From Chthoniobacterales bacterium (GTDB lineage Bacteria > Verrucomicrobiota > Verrucomicrobiia > Chthoniobacterales > UBA10450), in assembly GCA_036502465.1 (NCBI GenBank), contig DASXYO010000163.1, positions 1-58,081 of the forward strand: DNA of 58,081 nucleotides, in the 5' to 3' direction. The translations under genes were made by a program, and so were the position numbers. A model generated the notes under the pieces. It saw only the letters and a list, made by a program, of their open reading frames with translations. It searched no databases and was not told the DNA's origin. The first letter of the stretch is position 1. Each line of letters opens with the position of its first letter. Shown piece after piece: positions 9,801 to 18,901 of the stretch.

Positions 9801-9966
9801 CCCGCGCGGTCCGGCCGGAAATTTTCCTGAATCCGACTATATCCAACCGGAGCCATCGATCCCGTCGAAAGGCAAAACGTTGGCCGCGCTCGCCCTGGCA
9901 GCGCTTGTCATCGGCGGGATTCTTTCAGCCGGCTTCGGCGGTGGCAAGCGGGATTCAGGCCGATGA
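6856..9966 (+). CDS. Fused FAD-binding oxidase + Fe-S/CCG-domain protein (GlcD-GlcF-like 2-hydroxyacid/D-lactate dehydrogenase), with a C-terminal TM anchor
   Basis: N-terminal FAD PCMH-type domain (VVIPRS..ITSRGCGTSLAGQ). Central 4Fe-4S Cys clusters (CLACKGCKDDCP). C-terminal Cys-rich CCG repeats (CCGRPL; CCGMAG). Hydrophobic tail LAALALAALVIGGIL. Confidence 0.75.
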   Translation: MAKVLEQNVSDPPSGAAHLNETQRATLPEKLRARISGEVRFDDGSRALYATDGSNYRQPPIGVVIPRSVADVISAIATAREYGAPITSRGCGTSLAGQCCNTSIILDMSKYLNRVLEIDVEKKLGRVQPGTILDDLRHAAEKHGLTFGPDPATHNHCTLGGMLGNNSCGIHSVMAAFNGTGARTSDNTHELEILTYDGERMKVGPTSEEELEAIVRQGGRRGEIYGKLRALRGKYADLIREKFPDIPRRVSGYNLPELLPEKGFNVARALVGSEGTCVTILEASLRLIPNPKARSLLVLGYPDVYSAGDHAPEIMEHKPIGLEGIDHRLIGYMKKTGLHPQDIQLLPDGKGFLLAEFGGDSKEDSDAKAREVMEALKKKGDAPNMKLFDDKEDESKVWEVRESGLGATAFVPGLRDTWPGWEDSAVPPQKVGPYLRDLRKLFHKYDYEASLYGHFGQGCIHCRIPFDLYTAKGIDQWRAFLDEASDLVLSYGGSLSGEHGDGQARAELLPKMYGPEIMQAFREFKSIWDPEWKMNPGKVIDAYPITSNLRIGSDYNPREPKTYFAYPNDDGSFARAALRCVGVGKCRRLEGGTMCPSFMVTREEKDATRGRAHLLFEMLRGEVIGKKGWKEESVKDALDLCLACKGCKDDCPVSVDMATYKAEFLAHYYKGRLRPIYAYAFGLIHVWARLAQIAPSLVNFVNRAPFLSSVVKGFLRVAQERTMPAFAPESFKSWFARRPVHNRGQKRVLLWPDTFNNYFHPAVAKAAVEVLEDAGFQVVLPKRDLCCGRPLYDYGMLDTAQRWLLQILDSLGEEIEAGTPIVGLEPSCTAVFRDEVYEMFPHHENARRLKKQTFTLAEFIEKHAPDYEVPKLQRKALVHGHCHHKAVMHLDCEKKLLEKIGLDYKVPDSGCCGMAGAFGFEADKYDVSIAIGERVLLPAVRKAAKDTLIIADGFSCRTQVQETTNRHALHLAQVLKMGLEHGPRGPAGNFPESDYIQPEPSIPSKGKTLAALALAALVIGGILSAGFGGGKRDSGR

Positions 9967-10187
9967 AGCATCATGCTTCTCCCGCAAGAGCGCCTGGCCC
10001 TTTCCTAATCCATAAAAAAGTGAAGCCGATAGCCAAGTGTGACGCGAAAGACAAGTGGCGCACGGAGAACGCCGAGAGAGAATGAAACGTTAATTGGGGT
10101 GGGAATGAAAACTTCTTCCGTCTTTCTTTTGGGGATGATCGCGGGTGAGCCGCGCGGAACCTGACGCCGAGGGCGAGAAAAGCTTTC

Positions 10188-10847
10188 ATGGCACAGATTT
10201 TCGCCCGTAGCTCCAACGTCCATTCCAAGGTCATCATTGTCCTCGTCGTCGTTCTGGTCTGCGGAGCGGGCTGGACGACTTACGCGGTTTTTTGGTCGCC
10301 CTATACCACCTACGTCGGCGTGCCCCTCGACCAGCCGGTCCCCTTTAGTCACAAGCACCACGTCGGCGATGACGGGATCGATTGCCGCTATTGCCACACC
10401 TCGGTCGAGAAATCCTCGTTCGCCGGCGTTCCGAGCACGCAGGTTTGCATGACCTGCCACTCGCAGCTCTGGAACGAAACGCCCACTCTCGCGCCGGTCC
10501 GGGCCAGCCTAACGAGTGACAAACCGTTGCGCTGGAATCGGGTCAACGACCTGCCGGATTTCGTCTATTTCAATCACAGCATCCACGTCAACAAAGGTGT
10601 CGGCTGTTCCACCTGCCACGGCGAGATCGACAAAATGCCGCTCACCTGGCGGGCGCAGACGCTTTACATGAAGTGGTGTCTCGAGTGCCATCGCGCGCCG
10701 CAGAATTACGTCCGGCCGAGTGACCAGATTTATAACCTGCACTGGAAACCGCCGCCCGATCAGGAAAAACAAGGCGCCCGGCTCGTCGCGCAATACCGGA
10801 TCGACACGAGCGGTCGCCTAACGAACTGCTCTGTCTGCCACCGATGA
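10188..10847 (+). CDS. actA: Alternative Complex III subunit ActA, pentahaem cytochrome c
   Basis: N-terminal TM helix plus five CxxCH motifs (CRYCH, CMTCH, CSTCH, CLECH, CSVCH). First gene of an act-type operon. Confidence 0.85.
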   Translation: MAQIFARSSNVHSKVIIVLVVVLVCGAGWTTYAVFWSPYTTYVGVPLDQPVPFSHKHHVGDDGIDCRYCHTSVEKSSFAGVPSTQVCMTCHSQLWNETPTLAPVRASLTSDKPLRWNRVNDLPDFVYFNHSIHVNKGVGCSTCHGEIDKMPLTWRAQTLYMKWCLECHRAPQNYVRPSDQIYNLHWKPPPDQEKQGARLVAQYRIDTSGRLTNCSVCHR

Positions 10848-13765
10848 AGGAGCGACCCCAAATGTGGCGCAGCCTGGAGGAACTTGCCGCGACTCCCGGG
10901 TTTGAGGAGATGCTTCATCGGGAATTTCCGCGCGGCGCCTCGGAGTGGACTAACGAAATGCAGCGGCGCGATTTTCTCCGCCTGATGGGTGCCTCAGTCG
11001 CGCTCGCCGGTCTCGGCGCCTGCACCAAGCAGCCGATCGAAAAAATCGTGCCCTATGTCGATCAGCCCGAGGAAGTGATCCCGGGAAAACCGCTTCGCTT
11101 CGCGAGCGCGACGAGCTTTTGCGGTTTCGGCCAGGGCATCGTGGTCACGAGTTACGAAGGCCGCCCGACCAAGATCGAGGGCAATCCGGATCATCCCGCG
11201 AGTCGCGGTGCGACCTCCGTCTGGGCGCAGGCCGACGTGCTCGATCTCTACGATCCCGATCGGGCCAAAGTCCTGACGAATGGTGATTCTGGCGCCACCT
11301 GGGGAACATTTCTCGACAGACTAAAAGTTGCCCTCGACGCCCAAGCGGGGAGCGGCGGCGCAGGCCTCCGCATTCTCACCCAAACGGTCACCTCGCCCAC
11401 GATGGCAGCGCAGTTGCAGGAGATCGGACAAAAATTTCCCACTGCGAAATGGCACCAATGGGAGCCGTTGACGCGCGATGCCGAACGCGAGGCGCGTGCC
11501 GGCGGCGTCTTCGGTGCCGAGACGCTCTACGATTTCTCGAAAGCGAAAGTGATCGTCGCGCTCGACTCGGATTTTCTCTATCTCCATCCAGCGGCGCTGC
11601 GACATGCGCGCGATTTCGCCACGCGCCGCCGCGTCGAGGGACCGCAGGGTGCGAGCATGAGCCGTTTCTACGCGGTCGAGCCGACCCCGAGCATCACGGG
11701 ATCGAACGCCGATCACCGTCTCGCGCTCGCCGGGCACGAAATTCCAAAACTCGCCGCGGCCCTGGCGGCGCTTGTTGGCTCGGGTGGCGAGGGCGCGAAT
11801 GTACCTGACGAAGCGACGACCTGGGTTTGGGCCGCAGCGCAGGATCTGCGCGCCAACGCCGGGGCCAGCATCGTGATCGCGGGCGAGACCCAGCCGCCGG
11901 AAGTGCACGCGCTCGTCGGTCAGATCAACGCTTCGTTAGGCAACATCAATACCACCATCCGGCATTGCGCCTCGGTTGAGACGAACCCGGTTAACCAACT
12001 GCAATCGCTCCAGCAGCTGGTGCAGGAAATGAAGAGCGGAGCGGTCGAGGTGCTTCTCATTCTTGGGGGCAACCCAGTTTACGACGCCCCGGCCGATCTC
12101 GATTTTGCGGGCGCGCTGCAAAAGGTGAAGCTGCGTCTGCATCACAGTCTTTGGCCTAACGAAACTTCGGAGCGCTGCCAGTGGCTCATCCCGGCGACCC
12201 ATTTCCTCGAGAGCTGGAGCGACATTCGCGCCTTCGACGGCACGGTCACGATCGTGCAGCCGCTCGTCGAACCGCTCTACGACGGCTTTTCCGCGCATCA
12301 GTTGCTCGACGCCTTTCTTCTCCAACCGGTGCGCAGCGCCTACGATCTCGTTAGGGCGACCTGGCAGAAGAACAACCCGACCACTACGTTCGAGGCGCAA
12401 TGGCGTTCCATCCTGAGCGATGGCGCGACGCCCGGGATCGGTGGCGACCTGACCCCGGAACAAGGCGCTGCCTCCGCCCGGGCCGCCATCGCACCGCCGA
12501 CGGGGCAGGGGCTCGAGATTCTTTTCCGGCCCGATCCGAGCACGCTCGACGGCCGCTACGCGAACAATGGCTGGCTGCAGGAACTGCCGAAGCCGTTCTC
12601 CAAGATTACCTGGGACAATGCCGCACTCGTTAGTCCAAAGCTTGCCGCCCGCGAGCACTTGGAGAATGGCGATTATATCGAGCTGAATTTCCGGGGACGG
12701 AAACTAGGCGCGCCGATTTGGATTCTCCCTGGCCAGGCGGAAAACAGCGTCACGCTCCAGTTGGGTTACGGCCGGAAAAAGGCCGGTCAGACGGGCACGA
12801 ACAAGGGCTACAACGCCTACACCTTGCGCACCTCGGATGCGCTTTGGCAGGGTGTTGGCCTAACGATCAGGAAAATCGATCGGCATCTCAAGTTCGCCAC
12901 CACCCAGAATCATTTCTCGATCGAAGGCCGAGATATGTACCGCGCCGGGACGCTGGCGGAATTCATCAGGCAACCACAGTTCGCGACCGAGATGGCCGAA
13001 GTGCCGAAACACGACGAAACGCTCTACAACCCGGACGAATACAAGAACGCCGGCTATGCCTGGGCGATGGTGGTCGACCTCAACACCTGCATCGGCTGTA
13101 ACGCCTGCACGATTGCCTGCCAGGCGGAGAACAACATTCCGATCGTAGGCAAGGCGCAGGTGATCGCCGGACGCGAGATGCACTGGATCCGGGTCGATAC
13201 CTATTACGCGGGCCCGCCTAACGACCCGCAATTTCATCATCAGCCCGTTCCCTGCATGCATTGCCAGGACGCGCCCTGCGAACTGGTCTGCCCGGTGGCG
13301 GCGACCATGACCGATGACGAAGGCCTCAATGTCCAGGTTTACAACCGCTGCGTCGGCACACGCTATTGCTCGAACAACTGCCCTTATAAAGTGCGGCGCT
13401 TCAATTTTCTCGAATACAACGGCGCGCTCTCGCCAAGCGAGAAGCTGGTCAAGAACCCGGAAGTGACGGTGCGCTGTCGCGGCGTGATGGAGAAGTGCAC
13501 CTATTGCCTGCAACGGATTAACGCCGCTCGCATCACGGCTCAGCTCGAAGAGCGCAAAATCCGCGATGGCGAGATCGTTCCCGCATGCGCGCAGGTGTGC
13601 CCGGCAGAGGCGATCACCTTTGGCGACATTCACGACCCGAAGAGCCGGGTCTCGCGGCGCAAGGCGCTGCCGCTCGATTACGGGATGCTGGCGGAATTGA
13701 ACACGCGGCCGCGCACCAGCTACGCCGCGAAACTGCGCAATCCCAACCCGCAATTGAAGTCATGA
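10844..13765 (+). CDS. actB: Alternative Complex III subunit ActB (molybdopterin-like + 4Fe-4S ferredoxin fusion)
   Basis: Twin-arginine signal (RRDFLRLMGASVALAGLGA). Large MopB-like domain. C-terminal Fe-S clusters (CIGCNACTIAC; CMHCQDAPC; CSNNCPY). 4-nt overlap with actA. Confidence 0.9.
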   Translation: MKERPQMWRSLEELAATPGFEEMLHREFPRGASEWTNEMQRRDFLRLMGASVALAGLGACTKQPIEKIVPYVDQPEEVIPGKPLRFASATSFCGFGQGIVVTSYEGRPTKIEGNPDHPASRGATSVWAQADVLDLYDPDRAKVLTNGDSGATWGTFLDRLKVALDAQAGSGGAGLRILTQTVTSPTMAAQLQEIGQKFPTAKWHQWEPLTRDAEREARAGGVFGAETLYDFSKAKVIVALDSDFLYLHPAALRHARDFATRRRVEGPQGASMSRFYAVEPTPSITGSNADHRLALAGHEIPKLAAALAALVGSGGEGANVPDEATTWVWAAAQDLRANAGASIVIAGETQPPEVHALVGQINASLGNINTTIRHCASVETNPVNQLQSLQQLVQEMKSGAVEVLLILGGNPVYDAPADLDFAGALQKVKLRLHHSLWPNETSERCQWLIPATHFLESWSDIRAFDGTVTIVQPLVEPLYDGFSAHQLLDAFLLQPVRSAYDLVRATWQKNNPTTTFEAQWRSILSDGATPGIGGDLTPEQGAASARAAIAPPTGQGLEILFRPDPSTLDGRYANNGWLQELPKPFSKITWDNAALVSPKLAAREHLENGDYIELNFRGRKLGAPIWILPGQAENSVTLQLGYGRKKAGQTGTNKGYNAYTLRTSDALWQGVGLTIRKIDRHLKFATTQNHFSIEGRDMYRAGTLAEFIRQPQFATEMAEVPKHDETLYNPDEYKNAGYAWAMVVDLNTCIGCNACTIACQAENNIPIVGKAQVIAGREMHWIRVDTYYAGPPNDPQFHHQPVPCMHCQDAPCELVCPVAATMTDDEGLNVQVYNRCVGTRYCSNNCPYKVRRFNFLEYNGALSPSEKLVKNPEVTVRCRGVMEKCTYCLQRINAARITAQLEERKIRDGEIVPACAQVCPAEAITFGDIHDPKSRVSRRKALPLDYGMLAELNTRPRTSYAAKLRNPNPQLKS

Positions 13766-13784
13766 AAAGCATCTCGACAGAACT

Positions 13785-13947
13785 CCGGGGAGCACAGGCC
13801 GCTGGCCTGTTGGTTTTGGCGGCCCGCCAAAACACGCTTCCAAAACGGTGGTCCGAAGTTTCGATCTCCGCATTGGCAAGAAGCGTCGCAGGAAGTTCGC
13901 GAAGGCGGGCCGCCTTCGCCAACAGGCCAGCGGCCTGTGCTTCCCGG
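13785..13947. mobile_element. MITE-like palindromic element B (related architecture to A1/A2), in the actB-actC spacer
   Basis: About 29-nt terminal inverted repeats (CCGGGGAGCACAGGCCGCTGGCCTGTTGG ... CCAACAGGCCAGCGGCCTGTGCTTCCCGG). Inner hairpins GTTTTGGCG-gcc-CGCCAAAAC and CGAAGGCG-ggc-CGCCTTCG. Confidence 0.8.
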
Positions 13948-13955
13948 AAAAAGGC

Positions 13956-15356
13956 ATGAGCACGATCCCGCCTAACGAGAAGAAAAACACGCGGATGTCG
14001 CCGCTCGGTTATCCGTCGAATCTCCTCGCCCCGAATCAAACCTACGAGTCGGTCAACGAGACGATCGGTTCGATCGTGCTTCGCAACCGCCAGCCGGCGC
14101 CGTGGTGGATCGGGTTCGTCGTCGCCTTCTGTCTCCTCATGATGTTTTTCTTCGCGCTCGCCTGGCTCTTCATCCGCGGCGTCGGTATCTGGGGGATCAA
14201 CATCCCGGTCGCCTGGGGATTCGCGATCGTGAACTTCGTCTGGTGGGTCGGAATCGGTCACGCCGGCACGTTCATCTCCGCCATTTTGCTTCTGATGTTC
14301 CAGCATTGGCGAACGGCGATTAATCGCTTCGCCGAAGCGATGACGCTTTTCGCTGTCGCCTGTGCCGGCCTGATGCCGTTGCTCCATCTCGGTCGACCAT
14401 GGCTTTTCTATTATCTCTTTCCTTATCCCGACACGATGGGCCTCTGGCCGCAATTTCGCAGCCCGTTGGTCTGGGATGTCTTCGCCGTCGGCACCTATTT
14501 TCTCGTTTCGCTCATGTTTTGGTATCTCGGGCTGGTCCCTGACCTGGCCACGATTCGCGATCGGGCGCAGAAAACCTGGCAGAGGAAATTCTACGGCATA
14601 CTCGCCCTTGGCTGGCGCAATTCAGCGGCGCATTGGCAGCGACACCAGATCGCTTACTTATTGTTAGGTGGTCTCGCCACGCCGCTCGTTCTTTCCGTGC
14701 ACAGCGTGGTGAGCTTCGACTTCGCGGTCGCGATTGTGCCCGGGTGGCATTCGACCATTTTCCCGCCCTACTTCGTGGCCGGCGCGATCTATTCCGGCTT
14801 CGCGATGGTGCTCAACATCGTCATTCCGGTACGCAAGATTTATCACCTCGAGAACCTGATCACCGAGCGTTACCTGAACAACATGGCGAACGTCATGTTC
14901 GTCACCGGGCTGATGGTCGCTTACGGCTACGTGATCGAGGCCTTCATGTCGTGGTACAGCGGCGACATCTTCGAGCAATACATGATGATGAACCGCGCCT
15001 TCGGCCCTTACGGCTGGGTCTTCTGGTGCCTCATGGCCTGCAATGTTTTTATTCCGCAGGCGCTCTGGTCGGCGCGGATCCGGCGCAATCCGCTCACGCT
15101 TTTTATCGTCGCGTTTTTCATCAACGTCGGGATGTGGGTGGAGCGTTTCGTGATCGTCATCACGAGCCTGCATCGCGATTTTACGCCGTCGGCCTGGGGC
15201 ATGTTTTATCCGACGTTTTGGGATTGGGCGACGCTCTTCGGCAGCGTGGGGCTTTTCCTGACGCTCCTCTTTCTGTTCGTGCGCTTCTTCCCCATGATCT
15301 CGATTTCTGAATCGCGCGAGCTGGTCGCGGAACCGCAAAAGGCCAACGTCCTATGA
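13956..15356 (+). CDS. actC: Alternative Complex III subunit ActC (NrfD/PsrC-like quinol-interacting membrane subunit)
   Basis: Polytopic membrane protein with NrfD-like pattern (GINIPVAWGFAIVNFVWWVGIGHAGTFISA). Start moved to the ATG at 13956, because the upstream 36 codons of the ORF-track model lie in repeat B. Confidence 0.85.
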   Translation: MSTIPPNEKKNTRMSPLGYPSNLLAPNQTYESVNETIGSIVLRNRQPAPWWIGFVVAFCLLMMFFFALAWLFIRGVGIWGINIPVAWGFAIVNFVWWVGIGHAGTFISAILLLMFQHWRTAINRFAEAMTLFAVACAGLMPLLHLGRPWLFYYLFPYPDTMGLWPQFRSPLVWDVFAVGTYFLVSLMFWYLGLVPDLATIRDRAQKTWQRKFYGILALGWRNSAAHWQRHQIAYLLLGGLATPLVLSVHSVVSFDFAVAIVPGWHSTIFPPYFVAGAIYSGFAMVLNIVIPVRKIYHLENLITERYLNNMANVMFVTGLMVAYGYVIEAFMSWYSGDIFEQYMMMNRAFGPYGWVFWCLMACNVFIPQALWSARIRRNPLTLFIVAFFINVGMWVERFVIVITSLHRDFTPSAWGMFYPTFWDWATLFGSVGLFLTLLFLFVRFFPMISISESRELVAEPQKANVL

Positions 15357-15886
15357 ACGAAGAAGGGCTTTACGGATTAGCGGCGGAGTTCGAGAGCGAT
15401 GCGCAGTTGATGCACGCGGCGGAGGAAGCCTACGCCCGCGGTTATCGCAAAATGGACGGCTACACGCCATTCCCGATCGAGGGGTTGGCGTCGGCGCTGG
15501 GGAAATCGAATCGCATTCCGCTGCTCGTGCTTTGCGCGGGAATTCTCGGCGGCTGCAGCGCCTATTTCATGCAGTGGTTCGCCAATGTCGTGAGCTATCC
15601 GATCAATATCGGTGGACGTCCGCTCCATAGCTGGCCTTCGTTCATTCCAATCACGTTTGAGCTGACTGTCCTCGGGGCGTCGTTAACCGCTTTTTTCTTT
15701 TCGTTAGGCTTGAACGGCCTACCGCAGCCGTATCATCCGATGTTCAATCTCCCGGAGTTTGAGCGCGCTTCGCAGGATCGCTTCTTCCTCTGCATCGAGG
15801 CCGACGACACGCTTTTCGAAAAGCAAAACACCCGGGTGTTTCTGGAAAGCCTGGAGCCCTTGATGGTGGCGGAGGTGCCAAAATGA
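15353..15886 (+). CDS. actD: Alternative Complex III subunit ActD (DUF3341-type)
   Basis: About 177 aa with two central TM helices. Conserved operon position, with 4-nt overlaps on both sides. Confidence 0.75.
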   Translation: MNEEGLYGLAAEFESDAQLMHAAEEAYARGYRKMDGYTPFPIEGLASALGKSNRIPLLVLCAGILGGCSAYFMQWFANVVSYPINIGGRPLHSWPSFIPITFELTVLGASLTAFFFSLGLNGLPQPYHPMFNLPEFERASQDRFFLCIEADDTLFEKQNTRVFLESLEPLMVAEVPK

Positions 15887-16452
15887 AAAGCGCGCTCTGC
15901 TTTTTCACGGCGCTGGCCTTCAGCCTGAGCGCCTGCCGGCAGGACATGTATAACCAGCCGCGAACCAAGCCGTATTCGGAAACCGAATTCTTCTCGGATG
16001 GGACCAGTGCCCGCCCTGTTCCCGCGCACACCGTCCAATTTCACGGTCTACCGAAGAGTGACGCTTTCGCCACCGGCCTAACGAATGGGCTGCTGGTCGC
16101 CCAGCTGCCGGTCAAGCTTACGCCGGCGCTCCTCGAGCGTGGACGAGGACGTTACGACATCTATTGCGCGGTCTGCCACGGCGCGACCGGGGACGGGAAC
16201 GGAGAGATCGTGCAGCGCGGTTTTCCCGCGCCGCCGACCTATCACAGCGACCGGCTGCGCAACGCCCCGATCGGACATTTCTACGACGTGATCACGAACG
16301 GCTATGGCGTCATGTATTCCTACGCCTCACGAGTTGAGCCACAGGATCGGTGGGCGATCGCGGCTTACATTCGCGCCCTGCAACTGAGTCAGCACGCGAG
16401 CGCGAGCGAGCTTCCGCCTAACGAGCAGAAATCTTTGGAGCAAGCCCGATGA
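15883..16452 (+). CDS. actE: Alternative Complex III subunit ActE, monohaem cytochrome c lipoprotein
   Basis: Lipobox (LSAC), a single CAVCH haem motif, and operon position. Confidence 0.8.
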   Translation: MKSALCFFTALAFSLSACRQDMYNQPRTKPYSETEFFSDGTSARPVPAHTVQFHGLPKSDAFATGLTNGLLVAQLPVKLTPALLERGRGRYDIYCAVCHGATGDGNGEIVQRGFPAPPTYHSDRLRNAPIGHFYDVITNGYGVMYSYASRVEPQDRWAIAAYIRALQLSQHASASELPPNEQKSLEQAR

Positions 16453-17612
16453 GCGAGGATCTGAAAACGCTGGTCGGAAATCGCCACCGCCTTGCGCTCG
16501 GGATCGGGGTCGTCGCGCTCCTCCTGTGCGGGCTCGGGTGGTTCGCTAGTCCGCAGCAGTTTTTTATCTCCTATCTCTTTGCCGAGCTGGTTTGGCTCGG
16601 CGTCGCCCTCGGCTGCATGGCGTTCCTCATGATCCATTACCTGACCGGGGGAAAATGGGGCTGGCCGGTCCGGCGCATGTTCGAGGCCGCCGCCAATACG
16701 CTCCCACTCCTCGCGCTTCTCTTCATTCCGATCTTTTTCGGAATTCACCTGCTCTACCCGTGGGCGCAGCCGGCGCAGGTGGCGGCGGATCACGTCCTGC
16801 GCCACAAGCATCCTTACATGAGCCCTCTCTGGTTCATCGTGAAGGCGATCGTCTCTTTCGGCGTTTGGATTTGGATGGCGCACCTCCTCAATAAGTGGTC
16901 GCGCGAGCAGGACGCGACGCGCGATGTCGCGCCGATGAAGCGGCTCCGCAAACTGAGCGGACCGGGCCTGGTGATTTATCCCCTAACGATCACGGTGACC
17001 TTCGTCGACTGGGTGATGTCGCTCGAGCCGGATTGGTTTTCGACCATTTTTCCGGTCCTGATCTGCATCGGGCAAATGTTGAGTGGGCTCGCTTTTATCA
17101 TTCTCATCCTCGCCTGGATCGGGCCGCGCACTTCGCTCTCGGAGATCATCGGGAAGGAGAATTTTCATCACCTCGGCAGCCTGCTTCTCGCCTTCACAAT
17201 GCTCTGGGCCTACATGGCTTTTTCGCAGCTGCTTATCATCTGGTCGGGCAATCTGCCGCACGAGATTTCGTGGTATCTCCATCGCATCGCCGGCGGCTGG
17301 CGCTGGGTCGTAGTCTTTCTCGTTCTCTTTCATTTCTTTGGTCCGTTTTTCCTTCTGCTTTCCCGCCAGATGAAGAAGACGCGACAGGCGCTGGCCACGG
17401 TTGCGGCCGTCATGTTCGCGGCCCACGTCGTCGATGTCTGGTGGATGATCACGCCGACTTTTTATCCGCACGGGCTGCACGTGAGCTGGCTCGACTTCAC
17501 GGCATTGTTAGGCGTGGGCGGTGTCTGGTTCTTCGTTTTCATCTTCAATCTGGAAAGCAAACCGCTCGTGCCGGTGAATGACCCGCGGTTTGCGGTCGCG
17601 ACAGAGGTATGA
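16449..17612 (+). CDS. actF: Alternative Complex III subunit ActF (second polytopic membrane subunit)
   Basis: Polytopic membrane protein of about 387 aa. Operon position after actE, with a 4-nt overlap. Confidence 0.75.
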   Translation: MSEDLKTLVGNRHRLALGIGVVALLLCGLGWFASPQQFFISYLFAELVWLGVALGCMAFLMIHYLTGGKWGWPVRRMFEAAANTLPLLALLFIPIFFGIHLLYPWAQPAQVAADHVLRHKHPYMSPLWFIVKAIVSFGVWIWMAHLLNKWSREQDATRDVAPMKRLRKLSGPGLVIYPLTITVTFVDWVMSLEPDWFSTIFPVLICIGQMLSGLAFIILILAWIGPRTSLSEIIGKENFHHLGSLLLAFTMLWAYMAFSQLLIIWSGNLPHEISWYLHRIAGGWRWVVVFLVLFHFFGPFFLLLSRQMKKTRQALATVAAVMFAAHVVDVWWMITPTFYPHGLHVSWLDFTALLGVGGVWFFVFIFNLESKPLVPVNDPRFAVATEV

Positions 17613-18085
17613 ATCCGCAAGGCCATCAAGCCAGCTACGGCACGCACGAAAAGAAGGATGCCGACGTGATCAGCCTCGGAATGATCGCCGTCCTGCTTTT
17701 TCTTATCATCGCGGTTTGTCTGCTCGTCTGCTGGGGCATCCTGCATGAGTTCAATCGCTCCCGGGCTGTGCACGAGCGGCCGCGGATTCGGGCGGCCGAG
17801 GAAGTGGCGCAAATGCCGCAACCGCAACTCATCACGCGGCCGGGAAAGGAATGGAGCGAAGTGCGACTCCTCGAGCAGACGAAGCTGCAGACTCTTGGCT
17901 GGGTTGATCGTCAGGCCGGGGTGGCGCGGGTTCCGATTTCCGAGGCGATGAAGCTACTTGTCGAGCGCGGCCTGCCCGAGGTTGGCGCCGGGCAGACGCG
18001 CCTCCAGTTGATGCAGGCGCGCCCGCAAACCGATGTTCAGCCTAACAATCCCATCACTTTACCGGCGCCGGAGGCCACGCCATGA
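17609..18085 (+). CDS. Single-pass membrane protein coupled to ACIII/oxidase genes (ActG position; function unknown)
   Basis: One TM helix (ISLGMIAVLLFLIIAVCLLVCWGIL). ATGA overlaps with both neighbours. No recognisable catalytic motif. Confidence 0.45.
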   Translation: MNPQGHQASYGTHEKKDADVISLGMIAVLLFLIIAVCLLVCWGILHEFNRSRAVHERPRIRAAEEVAQMPQPQLITRPGKEWSEVRLLEQTKLQTLGWVDRQAGVARVPISEAMKLLVERGLPEVGAGQTRLQLMQARPQTDVQPNNPITLPAPEATP

Positions 18086-18900
18086 GAATGCGCCCGTTTT
18101 TTTTCAGCCTAACGATTTTGGTTTTGGTCCTGCGGACAACGCCGGTCGTGGCCGGGTTGTCGCCGGACGACATGAAGAAGATCACCTACGACCAGCACAT
18201 CGGGCAGCAGCTTTCGCCCGGTCTCATCTTTCAGGATTCGACGGGAAGGCAACGGGCCTTGGGGGATATTTTTACCACGAAGCCGACCTTGCTCGTGCTC
18301 GGCTATTACCATTGCCCGATGCTCTGCACCTTGATCAACGATGGACTGATCGAGGCGCTGCAGGAATTGCGCTTCAATGTAGGGCGCGATTTTAACGTCA
18401 TCAATTTGAGCATCGATCCGCACGAGACTCCGAATGTCGCAGCGGCGAAAAAGAAGGAATACCTCCGGCGCTACGGACGGCCCGGCGCAGCGGACGGCTG
18501 GCACTTTCTTACCGGGAACGAACAATCGATCGCGCAACTTGCGAACGAGGCGGGCTTTCGCTACCAGCTCGACCCGGTCTCGAACGAATACGCGCACCCG
18601 AGCGGATTCATCGTGCTGACGCCGGACGGGAAGATTTCGCGCTACTTCTTCGGGGTAAATTTCGAACCGAAAGAATTGCGCAGCGCGATTATCGCGGCTT
18701 CGAAGGGCGAGCGCGGATCGGTCGTCAAGCAACTGATCCTCCTCTGCTGCGAATATAACCCGATCACCGGACAGTACGGCGCGCTCGTCCTCACGGTCCT
18801 GCGCGTTCTTGGAGTGGGAACAGTGGTCCTGCTCGTGGGCTGGATTGTCTGGATGAGCCGGCGCGATTCGCATCGGCAAGCATCAACGGAGGCCGGCTAG
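18082..18900 (+). CDS. SCO1/SenC-family copper chaperone (CuA assembly)
   Basis: Thioredoxin-like CxxxC motif (YYHCPMLCTL) with a downstream His (EYAHPSGFIVLTPDG). Located immediately upstream of oxidase subunit II. Confidence 0.8.
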   Translation: MRMRPFFFSLTILVLVLRTTPVVAGLSPDDMKKITYDQHIGQQLSPGLIFQDSTGRQRALGDIFTTKPTLLVLGYYHCPMLCTLINDGLIEALQELRFNVGRDFNVINLSIDPHETPNVAAAKKKEYLRRYGRPGAADGWHFLTGNEQSIAQLANEAGFRYQLDPVSNEYAHPSGFIVLTPDGKISRYFFGVNFEPKELRSAIIAASKGERGSVVKQLILLCCEYNPITGQYGALVLTVLRVLGVGTVVLLVGWIVWMSRRDSHRQASTEAG

Positions 18901-18901
18901 G

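Noticed and set aside
9965-9979. The palindrome GAAGCAT-c-ATGCTTC overlapping the stop of the FAD/Fe-S gene, as a possible terminator.
   Set aside because: The loop is too small, the stem is short, and no T-run follows. It is unlikely to act as an intrinsic terminator.
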